Below are positions 33,573 through 46,900 of a stretch of DNA of 64,000 nucleotides, piece after piece. Under the pieces are notes generated by a model, which was given only the letters and a program-made list of their open reading frames with translations, made no database searches and was not told the origin of the DNA. The stretch is from Laetmonice hystrix (Eukaryota). The first letter of the stretch is position 1; each line of letters opens with the position of its first letter. The stretch spans positions 10,726,001 through 10,790,000 of the forward strand of contig OZ249445.1 in the NCBI GenBank assembly GCA_965235115.1. The letters are read 5' to 3'. The position numbers and the translations under genes are program-made.

Positions 33573-36500
33573 GTAACGTATTACGTGTTATATTACTGAA
33601 AAATCATTATTGACAGCGGATTACCCTGCATAAAGAGTTCTGGACGATGTTTGGAAATAAGCATGTTTCTGGTTAATTAGTTTATTGCCACCATGAATTA
33701 TAACCGTGTATGAAGGGCTGTATGGGAGAAACATTAATACGATATTTAACAACCGGTACGTCATGGGGGATATGCAGGTAAGAGATGGTGTCCAGTACCT
33801 ATGCTGAACTTTTATATAAATAAGGGAAAAGGCCTAGTCTGTACACTGTACACTAGTCAGGTATGTAGAGTGGCTTCCATAGCTGGGTTTCTTCCTTCTG
33901 AAGCTACTGGTAGATCAGTATACGTAATGTATACTTCATCAAGGGAGATTTGTCAGCTATAGAATTTTGGAAGCTGCGGTGGATATGAACTGCCCATTGG
34001 CGTCTATCCATTTTCTTGGTGCACAGTGACAAATTAACCCCCGTTGTGCGGGGGTATCATGGCTCGAATGAGCTTTTACCGATTTCCTTACAAGTTTCAT
34101 TGTGCCTTCTGTAGGGCTCAATATTCTTATTGCTCAAGGGTAGGAAAGTCTCATTTTAAAGCCAGCATCACACGGGGCACAGTCAATATAAAGAATCAGT
34201 TTTTACCGGCATGGACTGCGCTTAGACACGCCGGTGGGTAGGTCAAGTGCATGAAGTCGATGGAATGCCCCCTGTCTCTGTACCTCGCGCCCTGGCGGGT
34301 AAATAGATGTTAACCTGTCATGTCTTCATCTGAAACATTTTGGGAAAGCTCTCACTTGAAAGGAGACCGGTTTTCATGCAACAAAAAACCCACAACCATA
34401 CATTTCAAATTCCAGTAACTCTGTTTAGTGGTGAAGATAAGAATTCAGCTGCAGCTTTTAGGCTGTGAGTGGGTTGAAGCGGACTAATGTGAAGGAGCCT
34501 ATACTGGAATTCTCTTTTTGGTGTAGGAACTTGAGAGATCTGCCATGGAAAGTCGCGCTCCATCAGATAAAATAGGATTTGTGTATAGGAAAAAGTCGCG
34601 CTTACTCCTGCCTTGTGCCCTGGATTAAAAAGATTCCATTTCTAGTATTGGTCAGTTCCATTTAGTCTCAAAGAGGTGCTTAATATTGCAGATTGTATTG
34701 GTGGATTTATTCCGGAGAGTGTTCTAGCACAAACCATAAATTGGGTGTTTGATTATAAAATGAAGAGAAAAAGTCAATTCTATGAAATATTCGAGTCTCT
34801 TGAATTTCCAAGTGGCTCACAACAATGCATAATATGAGCGACAATACATTTAAAATCGACCCGCGGAATATGTGCATAATTACGAAGAAGGTATGGGGTA
34901 TGAAGAAAGTAAGACTGCACTTTAAAAAGAAGATTTCTTATTAATAAATTATATAATAGGTGGGACAGGATTGTATTTTAGACAACGGTACATGTTTTAA
35001 ATCATGGTGATTTTTTTAATCTTGAAACGCATACTGTCATCGCCTTAAGCTCAACTGAATTGGTATAGTAGGGCGATGAGACATTTGCAGGATCTTTAGC
35101 AGTGGCTCCACAGTTTTTATGCAGAAGAGATGTTTGCGTCATGACAGGGACTACAACTGACACTCTGCAGAATGACCAGGGAGGAGGAGTGCAGAGAAGG
35201 TGCATTAAGGAGCACTGAGGGTGTGGGGGTAAATCATGTCTTGAGATGCCGAATGTGTGAGAGTCTTATCCTATGCCACCTGGTACAAGCGGTAAGTAAT
35301 AGCTTTGTTCTCATCACTCACCGCCCCTGATCTCTACCAAGCTTTGAAGCCTGGAATTGAGACTAGACAACATTCTGCACACAGAATATTACCTTGAATC
35401 TTTCTTTGATGACTTATTATTTGAATCCAGAATCACCTACTGGAGCCGTACTCAAATGCCTATTACCGGCATACAGACACTCTGTGGAACCTAATAAGCA
35501 CATGTATGCGGTCCTTTTCTTCACCTGGCGTTTGTAACATGACACCTTGTCTATTGAACTTCCTAGAAATTGTGGACTTTATTCGCCGTGAATTTATGTA
35601 TGAATCGCAATCTACTGAGGTGAACACATTGACAGCCGTAGGGCTCCGTGTGAAAGACATTCACCTCACGAATAGGAACCTGTCTGCGTACACGTCCAAT
35701 GTAACGGTCATGTAGGTCCATTTCTGTATTAGTTATTCAGGTCAGCCAAATGGCATGAAATCAGATCATCCGTAGGGTAATTGCTGCACCTGAGGCAAGC
35801 TCTGTGCATCGTTGACATTGCAAATGGAGGGGACTATCGCTTTTTTTTACAACAACGGGGTAGACAGTGCACGTACGGGTTCTTTCTCAATGTGGTTCAT
35901 TTGGTCCTTGCAAAACAGCAAGGAGGCGATGGGGGTGGGATCAAAGGTAAATGACTAAAGTGTCGTAAATTCATGCAAGTGCAAACATTGGTACAGATTT
36001 GTAACACCTGTGGCGATTAGCTCTGTCACTGGCCGATTGAGGTTATTTTCAGTCAATTAAGAAGGCTATATTATGTAAAGACTATAATACTTGGCAAATG
36101 AAGTGTTCAACAAGATTAGGCTTCTCGGCACAACTACAATGTAGCATTTCTGGATTCGTTATCACCACATTTGCTGTAGTGTTTTTGCTGTAAGTTGTGG
36201 TTGCAATAATTTTAATCTATAGCGAGACATATTGAAGAATCATCCATAGTGTACCGTACTACCGTAGCGCTTCTATTATAACGTGAGTCTGGGAATTTTC
36301 ATTTCTTTTAGTAATACTGGTTACTCAAAGCACGAAACATTACATTTTTTGGCACATCAATTTTAGACCCCATTACTGTGTTTTTGTCCGTACATACTTT
36401 CACGTTTGACACTTGGGCTACTCGCCCGACGTCTTCTCCTATCGGCTGGCAAAGCCAGACATACATCTTTACGGTTGCCTCTTCCGAATGAGGCCATTCT

Positions 36501-39500
36501 GGCACTTTCCTTTTACCGTTTTCTTGGAGAAGATAAGGCACAGTATATTTTACGCTACGCCTTGTATGACCAGGTTTGAAGAGGCCCCATTACAGGGTGG
36601 ATAACTTGAGCGAGCCTGCGGAAAATAATACATAGACACATATTTATAGCTGCACTTCTCAGCGGCCCAGGTCCCTTTAAGTAGTCTGGGTAAATGCAAC
36701 ATTATGCAAACCTGCATGTTTTCAGATTGTATTTTAGATTTTAAAATCTCTTTGTGTTTACTCTTTGACTAGTCATAATAGCCATGAACGTTCAGTTATA
36801 GTCTGGGATTTGAACGCCAGAGATTTCTCAAGTGTCTACAATAATGTTCGAGGGAGAGGGAGTTGATCTCCTAGGTTGATGCTGCTGCCAATCCCCACAA
36901 TCTTAGTGAGGGATACCTCTTGTTGGCTGTAGCAGTTGTGCAGTTGTGATGTTCATGTGATAAACGTCTCACTTGAGATTGTATTTCCCATGTTTGTAGC
37001 CTGTAATCTGTAGATCTTCTGTAGGTGTGACACTGCCGCGCCTCATATATTTCAGACCTTCCTCTTACCTAAGAGATATGATCCGACGATCCCCCTACAC
37101 TTGAATCTTGGCTCGCAAGACTTCAGAGAAATCTTCTTAAAGTATATGGCAAAGACGTATTCCCTGGTTGAGATATGAACTGAAAAAAAATTTAGATATC
37201 CTTGGTATGAGTTTGTTGCAATCGAAACATATATCATTCGTGCAGAAATGTAGAAATTTGGTAGAATCTCCCACATATCAGGATGTTTTGGCCTCATCAT
37301 CTGTACGTCTCGATCTGTGCAGACAGCACGTTATAAACACATATGTTATCCAATGTTTGATTACGAACCTGCAGACTGGTGAATAGTAAGAGGGTGAATA
37401 AACCCGGGCGAAATGTTGGCGTGGTGCCCCTACAAAACCAAGTTCTTATTTACATAGCAACCACAGGATACACCATCTGAAATTACTATCTGTTGAGATT
37501 AGGGGTGCAACACAAAAGAGCACTTTGCGCAGTCAGGGAGGTCGGTTGTTTCAGCCAGACTAAGCTGAGTGGTGAGGATTACACGATAATCCAGGACCCG
37601 TGTAGGGATTAGGACTTCATCTGGATCTAATTAAGAAGGCAGTTTGAAGATGATAGGCTCATCGGCGTCATTTTATGTGCATGATACAGAAAACATCAGT
37701 TGAGGCCAGCGCTGCCGGAGGCAGGACATGGCGAGCAAACTATGGTTGGGCGGGAGGTTTGTTATCCCTGCTTGATAAAACTAGTAGAGAGGGAATAATC
37801 AGGATTTTAGAATGGGGATGGAATAAACAAGACACCATCAGGCGTCCATCAGTCGCGGGCCATCAATATATTTTGCGGGTGGCGGCAGCTGGGGGTGTCG
37901 GTGGACATGGTATAGAGCTTTTATCAAAACTGTATAGCCTTCTTCATTATAAAACTACGAACTCCTTGAAACACGTGCCTGCGTGCAGGCCTATTCACTG
38001 AACATTTGTACAAACTATAAAATCTACCAATATCACATGGATGGAGCAGTGGAAAGCTTGGCCACGCTGGCCCGGCCATCAGTGCTGTATAATCTGATCA
38101 AGGAGGCGTTTGGCGGGGTGTGATATGGTCATCGCAAGGCCTGTCGCTGTTGCCCAGAGATCTATGACATTGAAAGGGGCGCTGGACGAGGAAGACATTA
38201 TAGTAGTTTCTGACATAGAACCAGCAGCGACCAGGGAGCAAGAATTGGTGTGGACGACCCTCAATGTTAAAATATATTCCTTTTTTTCAAAATTGTCAGT
38301 TAGGATCCGAACTTAGTGTCTTTGCGGCGTCAATGTCTCAAAAAGCAAGGCTTGATTGAAAGCAGGTGTGAAAGGAATGTAAGTCCGCCGGACCAAGATT
38401 CCCTGGGTATGCAGGTCCTACCTAGATCGTTAACTTAATGGTATAAGGCAATACCATTACGAAAATAGATATGGATTAGGGTTAAGGTTGGGATAAGTGT
38501 TATGATTATGAAAAGATATTGATTAAATCACGGACTTTATTCCTGGGAATGCAGGTCAAGTATAGACCTGTATTGCGGGTATTGCAGGACTGCATTTCAG
38601 GAAGACTTGGAAATCTGTTACACCTGCCACTGCTTACTAGAATTGTGTAAAGGCAAGAAAAGAACGTAGCAATGAATTTTGAAACCAGGCTGCTTTGAAA
38701 CAGTGTATTTTGGGGCATCTCTTTGGAAATACGATATGTGCATTGGATATTTAGAATGTGATCAAATTTAACAGAAAAAGTGGAGAATAAAATGGATATT
38801 CTTGAAGAGTGCCTAGATTACGGGTATTGTCACATTCGTGGTGGATAGTAGAGGATTTTTAGCATTGATGAAAGGTAGAGTTTTGGCAAACAGATGGAAA
38901 ACATTTCACTAACTACATAGAAGTTCTCCATTATGTCGGTGTGTTATTCTACCTGGCTTTCGTCCCTGTCTTCAACTCGTGTTGGCTGTGTTGTAAACGC
39001 CACTCTGCTTTACATGTAGGAGTCAGTAATTCTCCGTAATGAGAGACGGCCGCTGTCTATTGTCAGTTGGGATTGACTGACATGAGCTGTCCCTTTTACT
39101 TGCGGTTGTACAAGAAAGGGCCATTTCGACAGTAAGACCACTGAAGCAGCTGCCTCAAGGAATAACTATGATGACAGGCTCTATCCATCCCAGCCACAGG
39201 TTTCCATTGTGGTGAACCATCAGTTGGCTACTTTCCTTGGAGATCTAGCCCAGAATGTTGATGTACGTTGTTATGGACGTCTTGATTAAGAGAATAAAAG
39301 AGTCTTTTCGATGAAAGACTCGGCGTTTTCTTATCAAGAAAACAGATCCGCTTCCACGTTCCAAATGTAGGAGACTGAATTAGAGATGTTGTCAGTTATG
39401 CCAGCTGAGCAAACACTCCTTTCTAACTTTACTATGGCCTTAGCGTTTCCTTTAAATCAGCATGCACTCAGTTTAAAGGGCTAATGAAATTACGCTCATA

Positions 39501-42500
39501 TTGGAATTTATTTTTCTTAAAGGAAATATGTCACGGGGGTATCGACCGAAATCTTCAGTTTTCTGCTTACCTGCTCACCACTAACGTACTTTATGGAACT
39601 GATTGTATTTGATATTGATTCTGTTAACACATACTACGAGTAGAAATTAGCTGTGAAATTCTCCCTAATGTAGAAACATGAATAAAACTAGCTGCAGTGT
39701 CCGCAAAGTGCGATGAAGTCGCCATTTTGGCCCCTTTTGGCTGCCGCGAATCGTTTGAACGGGTCCCATGATCACGTGACTCTCGCTGTGATTACCCGAG
39801 ATGTAATGATAGTGGGATAGTGGGACTATAATGGCCCATCCGCCGATCGTGTGAAAAGAGTGCAAAACACAGCCGGCTGCAAATCCCGGGGTCTCGGAAT
39901 CGAAGTGTGTCATTTTCAGTGACCGCATTAAGAATTGGCGATTTTTTTATATAAAATATCGGTCAACGCTACATAAACAGGTAGGGGACCAATCGGGGGT
40001 AGAGGCCATATCGGAGAACCGCAATGCAGACATATTTTTGCAGAAACATGACGCATTATTTGAAATTCGTGACATGTTACCTTTAATATAAAGTGACTCT
40101 GTACTAGCTGCCGTTGGCGGATCAGGACTGTGCAGAGTCCCAGAACGTATTCTTTTGGAAGGGAACATGCAGTATTGTGTAAGAGAAGTGAGAGACGTTT
40201 TAATATGTCATGTACCTCGAAGCAGTCGAACGTCTCACCTTAGTCTGAATAATGTGAATCGTGTCGAAGTCCCCGACTGACATATGCTTCCTGCCGGTAT
40301 GTTTCCGTGCATGCATCAGATGGCATTCCTCTGTGTCACATTGAGGTACAATCCGGGGCTCTCTTCCCGCACTAATGATAAGGTGAAGCCGCGCTCCACC
40401 ACTCCCGGCGATGTTTCTGTCAGTTAAATTAAATCCTCAGGTGAGAAGACTGACATTTTCCCCTGTCTGGCTGGCGCCATCAACCTGAGAATTGGCACCA
40501 TGTGAATAAACACAGCAGTCAGCACACAAGGCGTGCTGGTCTACCTTCAGACCGACACTTAACAACGGGCCGACCTGGAGGAACTACTTCTGCTAGCTCT
40601 CATATTACCAGGGGAGAGATTCCCTGGCTGCGGGATTTCCCACACATACACTTCTGATGAGCGTCTCACTCATGGTGCGGAGAAAGGGCCTTACAGCATA
40701 TAGCTCTTCAGTCGTTGAGGATTTTACTTCAACAGTTCTACGCTGGTACCGTTTGCTGTGAAATTGTGCCGGGGAGGGGGGATCTATATTTTTGTCGTAC
40801 CAATGCTGGGTGCTGGGTGTTGTTTAATTGTAGACAAGGCCCGTTCACAGGTCTCTCCAGACGACGTGATCGATACAGTGATAGATTATGCAAGAAAGAC
40901 AAACTATTACTTGGTCTGGAGGATTATCACTTGGCTGTGAGCCACCATCAACATCTGTCAACGGGGTGTGTGTATTGGTTTCACTGAGAACAGAAAGCCT
41001 ACGTGCATCCCCTATTCTAAAGGTTGGAGTCCAGTTAATCGTGAGCCAACACTGGTCATCATGTGCGGGCCGAGGGTTGTCTACGTTTGAAAATCCGTTT
41101 TCTTGTGGAAGATGATCGTTTTGTCGACTTTGGAATGGCTTTCTTTAAAAAGAGAGAGGTTGGATAAGGTTGAACCAAGCTAGTTCGTTTCACATCATTG
41201 AGCGCATTTCTGGGCAGACTGGATGGGCGCAGCTGTTTATTGCTTCCAGGGTTAGTGACTTGCTCCATTCATACATTCATTGAATGGGTCCTGACGGGCA
41301 CCCCTCTCCGGGTGGGAAATGGTACAGTCCATGTGATAACAGCTCCCACTGCCCCTGTTGATGGGGAATGGTAGATGCAGCAGCATGGGCGGGTAAGGAC
41401 TTGGTTGGATAGGCGTGGTTGGCTGTCAGTTGTTGGTTGTACGTGTACAGCGACACCGTTCCACGCTGTTGGCACAGGCACTGTTACATGGAACTACTTT
41501 GTGATCAGGCAATCCGTCACCTGCTTCAGTGGGGATGCAGCGAGTAGTGGCGAATACCACGTGGGGGTCTTTTCTAGGCAGCGCATAGATTGACTCCTCC
41601 TCACAGTCAGTGTTGGGGACTGGGGACTGCATTCAACCGTCGACGGTTTCAGGTGGTGGACTACCATAACGGTCCTCCTCGGTTTACACTACTTTTTGCA
41701 GCCAGATTCAGCACCACTGGTACAGAAGCAAAGTGAAAGAGTTGAGACCCTTCTACATGGCCACAGGTAGGTGATGTTCGGATTTCTTCTGGCCAGCTGG
41801 TTTGTGGTACAGGGTTGTCAGTGGGCGAAACGGGGCTCCCCCAGAAACAGACAAACTGCCGCATAAAAAGGGCATCAACAGTTTATTCTGTCATCACTTT
41901 GGCAGATGCCCAGTAACCTGATAGCTTCTTGTGAGAGGGAAACGGCAATTATGTAAGTAATGATGAAAGGGTGCAGCCGGAAGTATGGAGTCTGTCCAAC
42001 TAAAGATCTTCCTGACATACAGGCAGATTTCACGAAACTAGCAGTTATCAAAGAAAACATTGGCATATTAGTGGCCAAAAGAAATGGAAAGTTTAAAGTG
42101 TGTTTACACAGAAGAAAATTACTGTCGGCTCCAGGCCTAGGTGGCCCGTATCAGGAGTCGTTTTTGAAATCAGAAATGTGGTTTGTCTCGGCCAAAAGAG
42201 CAAATACTGTACTTTTGACATAGAGGCTTTGCTTCGCTTGTATTTCAACTGAAGTAAAGCGGTTGTATATAAAGGCAGACGAATTTGTTGGATGTTAACA
42301 AATGAGAATGTCTTAAAGACTTAATTATCCAAGCCATTCACCCCATTATCTTTATGATAAAACTGAGAGCAAGACAAGTACAAAGCTAAATTCATCTGGC
42401 AGCATGCCTCAACAGTCCAACTGCAAATGTGTAGGCAGCTCTGTGGGAGAGGACGTATGAGCAACACATTGAGAAGACCTCAAAATGCCCAGGAGGTTCT

Positions 42501-42944
42501 CGGACCTGTTTACTGTTTTGGGAAGAACTCCTGTTTGAGATTAGTCAGGCGGGAATTTGACAAAAATAGTGTAATCGAGAAAAGATAACAAACTCCATGG
42601 CTTTGTTTGGCCATCAGTATAAAATTACTATTATCTTTTCGTTAAAGTTTGTGTAATGACATAATTGAATTTTAAGAACGGTAGGTGATCTATCCCATAG
42701 ATTGGACACTGATGGGACTCCACCTGGGTAACTGCATGGTTCACGGAGTAGAACTGATGTGCCGCGGGTTAGACCTTCAGCATGTGGCCTGCCATATTAT
42801 ACAGAGAAAACTAACTACATGAGGATATTAAATATGAGCACTCTCAAAGCTGTAACCGTCTAACAACTTTCTTATTCACGTTGGCCAGCAACTAAGCGAA
42901 GACCGCCGATATAAGACCTAATTTTTCCTAGTATTGACCATCTG

Positions 42945-43231
42945 GACTGAAAATCCTTGAAAATCCTGGGAAAAAAAGTTGTCCTGGAAAGTTCTGGAAA
43001 ACTGGCAAAACTCCAGTGATCCTGTAATCCTGTTAGCCAGGTGTGAATTATTCTGAAGAATTAAATACTTGCGGGTTCATATTATACTGCAGTGACTGAG
43101 TATACTAAGATCATTTAGAAGAGAATGAAGGATAATATAAAACCCCATGAGCTCCCGGAAAAGCATTTTTTATCCTGGAATATCCTGGAAAACTTCTGAA
43201 AAATTGGTTTGCTAAATGTGTGGGAACCCTG
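42945..43231. mobile_element. MITE remnant with repeated (t)cctggaaa subterminal motifs, terminus gtgggaaccctg
   Basis: Several tcctgg/ctggaaa repeats; only one terminus recognisable. Confidence 0.45.
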
Positions 43232-43352
43232 TGTTATAGACTGCCCAGTGTATGAAAGCTGTGGTTTCCAAAGGTTTTGGAAATACACATTGATTCTGTG
43301 CAGTTTGTCGCTTTTTGTCCTTTAGGCTATCCTCTCGAAGGAATAACCAGGG

Positions 43353-43943
43353 TCAGCGGTCAAGGTATGGTATAATGGGGAAAAGGTAAAGTAACAAAAG
43401 TGATGGATGTAGTGGTATGGTGAAAATTGATGTGAAGTGGCGTCGGAGATAATCCACGCAATGGTTTGACCTGATGTGGAGAAGAAAGTCATGAATATTA
43501 TGATCAAGGTCATCTTCAGTATTGACATTGAGTTTTTTTATCTGCCGGTGAAGTAGGACCTTAGTATCGGCCGTGTATTCATCATTTAGTGCGGCATACC
43601 GACACAAGGAAATGGATGGCTGTTTCCTAACCATTTTTAGGTGGTTATTCATTACATAAAGGCCATGAATTGACTGCCAGGAGATTAAATTAGAACTCTA
43701 TGTGTCGTCCTTTTTGCCAAACGACGCCGGTTGCTCTATTTTCCAGAGATACATTGGAGACCAAGGTTTGTGTGAGCCTGGAGTTATAGATACGTCTTTT
43801 ATTCTTTTGTAATCGTTGGTCTGTTTGACCCCTCCTAATACCTTAGTCACCTGATACATCTAGTCACTTGCAGGTTGTACAGAATTCATTTGGCCTAGCG
43901 CAATTTGTTCTATGAAAGCTTTGACATCTCGTCTATCATCCAT
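43353..43943 (-). pseudogene. Decayed coding remnant of unknown family (about 197 codons, two internal stops)
   Basis: Single frame from ATG at 43943 (MDDRRDVKAFIEQIALG...) runs into ORF 43353-43652 with two TAG interruptions. Confidence 0.3.
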
Positions 43944-46900
43944 GTTAATATTCCCCTAACACTAATATTTGGTATGCTCTGAAACTCTGCAGTAGTATAG
44001 TGATTAGAGTTGCAACGCAGGCATCTTTAAACAGAACTCTTAAATCATAGTATCTCTGATACTGTAATATGTCTTCTAAAAGTAAGCAAGTTGCTAGGTG
44101 CCGATTACAAGTATATAAATACTGGGCTATGAATATAAGACGGGCCATGATGGAAATGCTCTAGATGCATGATCATCGATGAGCCGTCAGTTTTCTTTGC
44201 ATATATTACCATATGGAGTATATGGCTTACAAACAGGCCTTCTCACCAACGTATTTTAAAGCGAATCCTTTTCCAGATAGGTCAGGTTCGATTTCCATTA
44301 TTTGGATAGTTGGTATGAAAATATTCATTTGAGAGTGGCCGTTTGTTTAGCGGCACAGCTGTGGCACACTGAGAGGAGATCCATGAGAAGGGTTCCCGCT
44401 GCAGCTGTGTTTTCCACGAGGAGGTGGCGAGGACGTTGCCGTCGGTGAGCTCGGGTGCACTTAATGTCCTTGCTGCCTCTGCTTCTCTGCCACCTACACA
44501 ACCTTGGTTGGGTCTTTACTGCCACCAACTCCTTTTGATGTGTGCAGAACTTGGACTGATGCCGTATGCAGTGGGTTGGGTCGATAGACAGAGCAGTGCT
44601 CACTAGTTGGATACATTGTATTTTTGTTTGTAGATGTAAGTAAACCAGATGTCAATACTACAGTGGGACCTCTGGGGGCCGTTCTTTTAATCTCACAAAA
44701 TTTTAGGGTTCTTGAGTTCGGTAGGAATGGGATTAAAATCAAAGTTTACGAGTTTACAGGGAATTGAGACATATTCGTTGCTTTTGAAAAGCGTCCCGGC
44801 CTCGCCCTCAATAAATTATTTTCTTCAAGATTATGGCGTGTGTATTAGAAATGGTGGGTGCCGCCTGTGTAGGGACCATGCGATGGGCATATCATTTACA
44901 GGAGTCACCTTACATCAAAGAACCGTACCATGGAAGACCAAGCCCGATGTTTGCCTCTGTCATCAGAAAACAATGTTGACGTGACGTATGTCTAGCAAAA
45001 CAGGTGGTGTATATTCGACATGTGGAGCCACATTTCGAACACCAAAAAATCAAACAGTGCTTGTTTGCTTTGATGTGTACGGAGTGGAGGGGAAACTCGC
45101 CAGGAACCTACCCCAATCTCAGGCAGGTTAGATTCTGTAAGGGCTGTGGACTTGGCCGCCAACATTAGAGTGCCCACTGTTGAAAATTGATGTCAACGGA
45201 TGGCGTACTTTCTAAGAATGCAAAAGAGAAAGATGCATACAAGTTCAGTAAGGCTGGCTTTCTCCTTTCCTTCCCACACAATTGAGACAACCCCGAGGGA
45301 ATGTTCACGTCAGGCCTGACATCTTGCTTTTCTTTGTGGGGAATGATTTTAGGGAAAACTAATGAAATGCCATGTCAGTTGAACCCGTTTGATGTATCAT
45401 AATTTTATTTATTTACGGTAATGGTAAAAATATGTTCACAGAATTCTTTAGACTACTACCGGAGAGTCCTATGAGTCGCAGAAATATCACCTGGTACGGG
45501 CGGAGAAATCGTGTAGTTGATGTATTACTGTCTGACCGACACAGTCATAATGTCATGCTGGACCCATGGGGCCCATCTGTGAAAGAAAAGGACCGGCATA
45601 GCAGTCACTTACTCGCTGACTTACTGATAAGGATGTCTATGTATATGATTCCCCATGGCTTTGAATGGGTGAAACTGATATTGGACACTTTCTTATATCA
45701 TTCTGGCGTCTCTGCAAGTTTCGACCAGAAAGGTAAAAAAAAAAGTCATAGAATTTTATTATTCGGTTCTACAGAATACTGAAACGTGATTGGTCAGTTC
45801 TTTCTCAATATAAAGCTGTCCTACGGGGTTGATCGAGGGTTGAACGTACCATGCGCTGATATTTCCTGTATTATATGTTTCGCTTTGACGTCACCGTTTG
45901 ATAACCAAATAATAAAATCGTCATCTCATGTCTTATATATTGGCCGGTTGCGCACGTCTGTCTCAAGTTGAGGTTTAGACCCGAGTTTAGATACGGACTT
46001 GGGGATTGGGAAATCCCGTCTCAAGACTTGGGTCAAGCCAAGACTGAGAAAGGTTGTCTGGTTTGCACAAGGCTGGATTGACCCTGGATCCGATAAGTGC
46101 AGATCGCAGTATAAATAACTAGTCAGTGTGACATAACAAGATTAAGTGCGGTCCCGCGATTGAGATGGTTCTCAAGAAAATCGCCAGGTGTGCAACCGAA
46201 ACATGGTTATGAGACCAGCTTCAATCCGGCCTTGACCCAGTCCTAGCTCAAGCCAGACGTTCAGGTCTCGTATCCCATTCGGCCTTCGACCTCATGGGAT
46301 ACGGGACCTTCAGGTATGTAGTATAGATCACTGATAGTATCAAATAAATGCATGCATACCGTGGTTCTAGGCTAATGCACCCAATTCTAAAACCTACAAC
46401 TTTCCTGTGACACAACATCCCCTTTGGAAAAACCCTTGGAGAATCCATAGGATATACCCAAATGGGCTTTGTCCGAGGGGGTTGGGATAGGAAGCTAAAT
46501 GAGTTTTAGGCGAGGGAGCATATAATTTGCTGCCGGCTACCAGATCGTCCCTGGCAGCTTGGTATGATACCATTCCCTGGGGAAAACAGTTAACTCCCAG
46601 GAGACCATTTAAAGTAAAACATATTTGTTTTCTTTGACAAAATCATAGTGTTGATCAAGGGTTGCAGGGCAGAGAACGAGCAATTGTTGAGGAGGGAACC
46701 ATTAGGCAGCAAGTTTCTTTTGAGTAATCTCCGCCTGGATGCGGACAGCAGTCCCGTTTTTGCCAGGACAATGGCCTTAGTGCCAAACACGGTGTAAAAA
46801 TACCACTACGCGCATACTTTTTGAATCATCCAATTACGGTGAAATGATGCTGTTATAATGGTTAGTTTCTCTACTTCTAACGGATTTAAAATAGGCAGTT

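Noticed and set aside
36300-38300. Possible LINE, Penelope or Gypsy remnant
   Set aside because: Translation in several frames gave no convincing RT, endonuclease or integrase motif; it cannot be classified by eye
40430-40940. SSGEKT and CLIVDKA as degenerate Walker A/B motifs of a helicase
   Set aside because: Both deviate from consensus and lie in a heavily disrupted region; chance resemblance is not excluded
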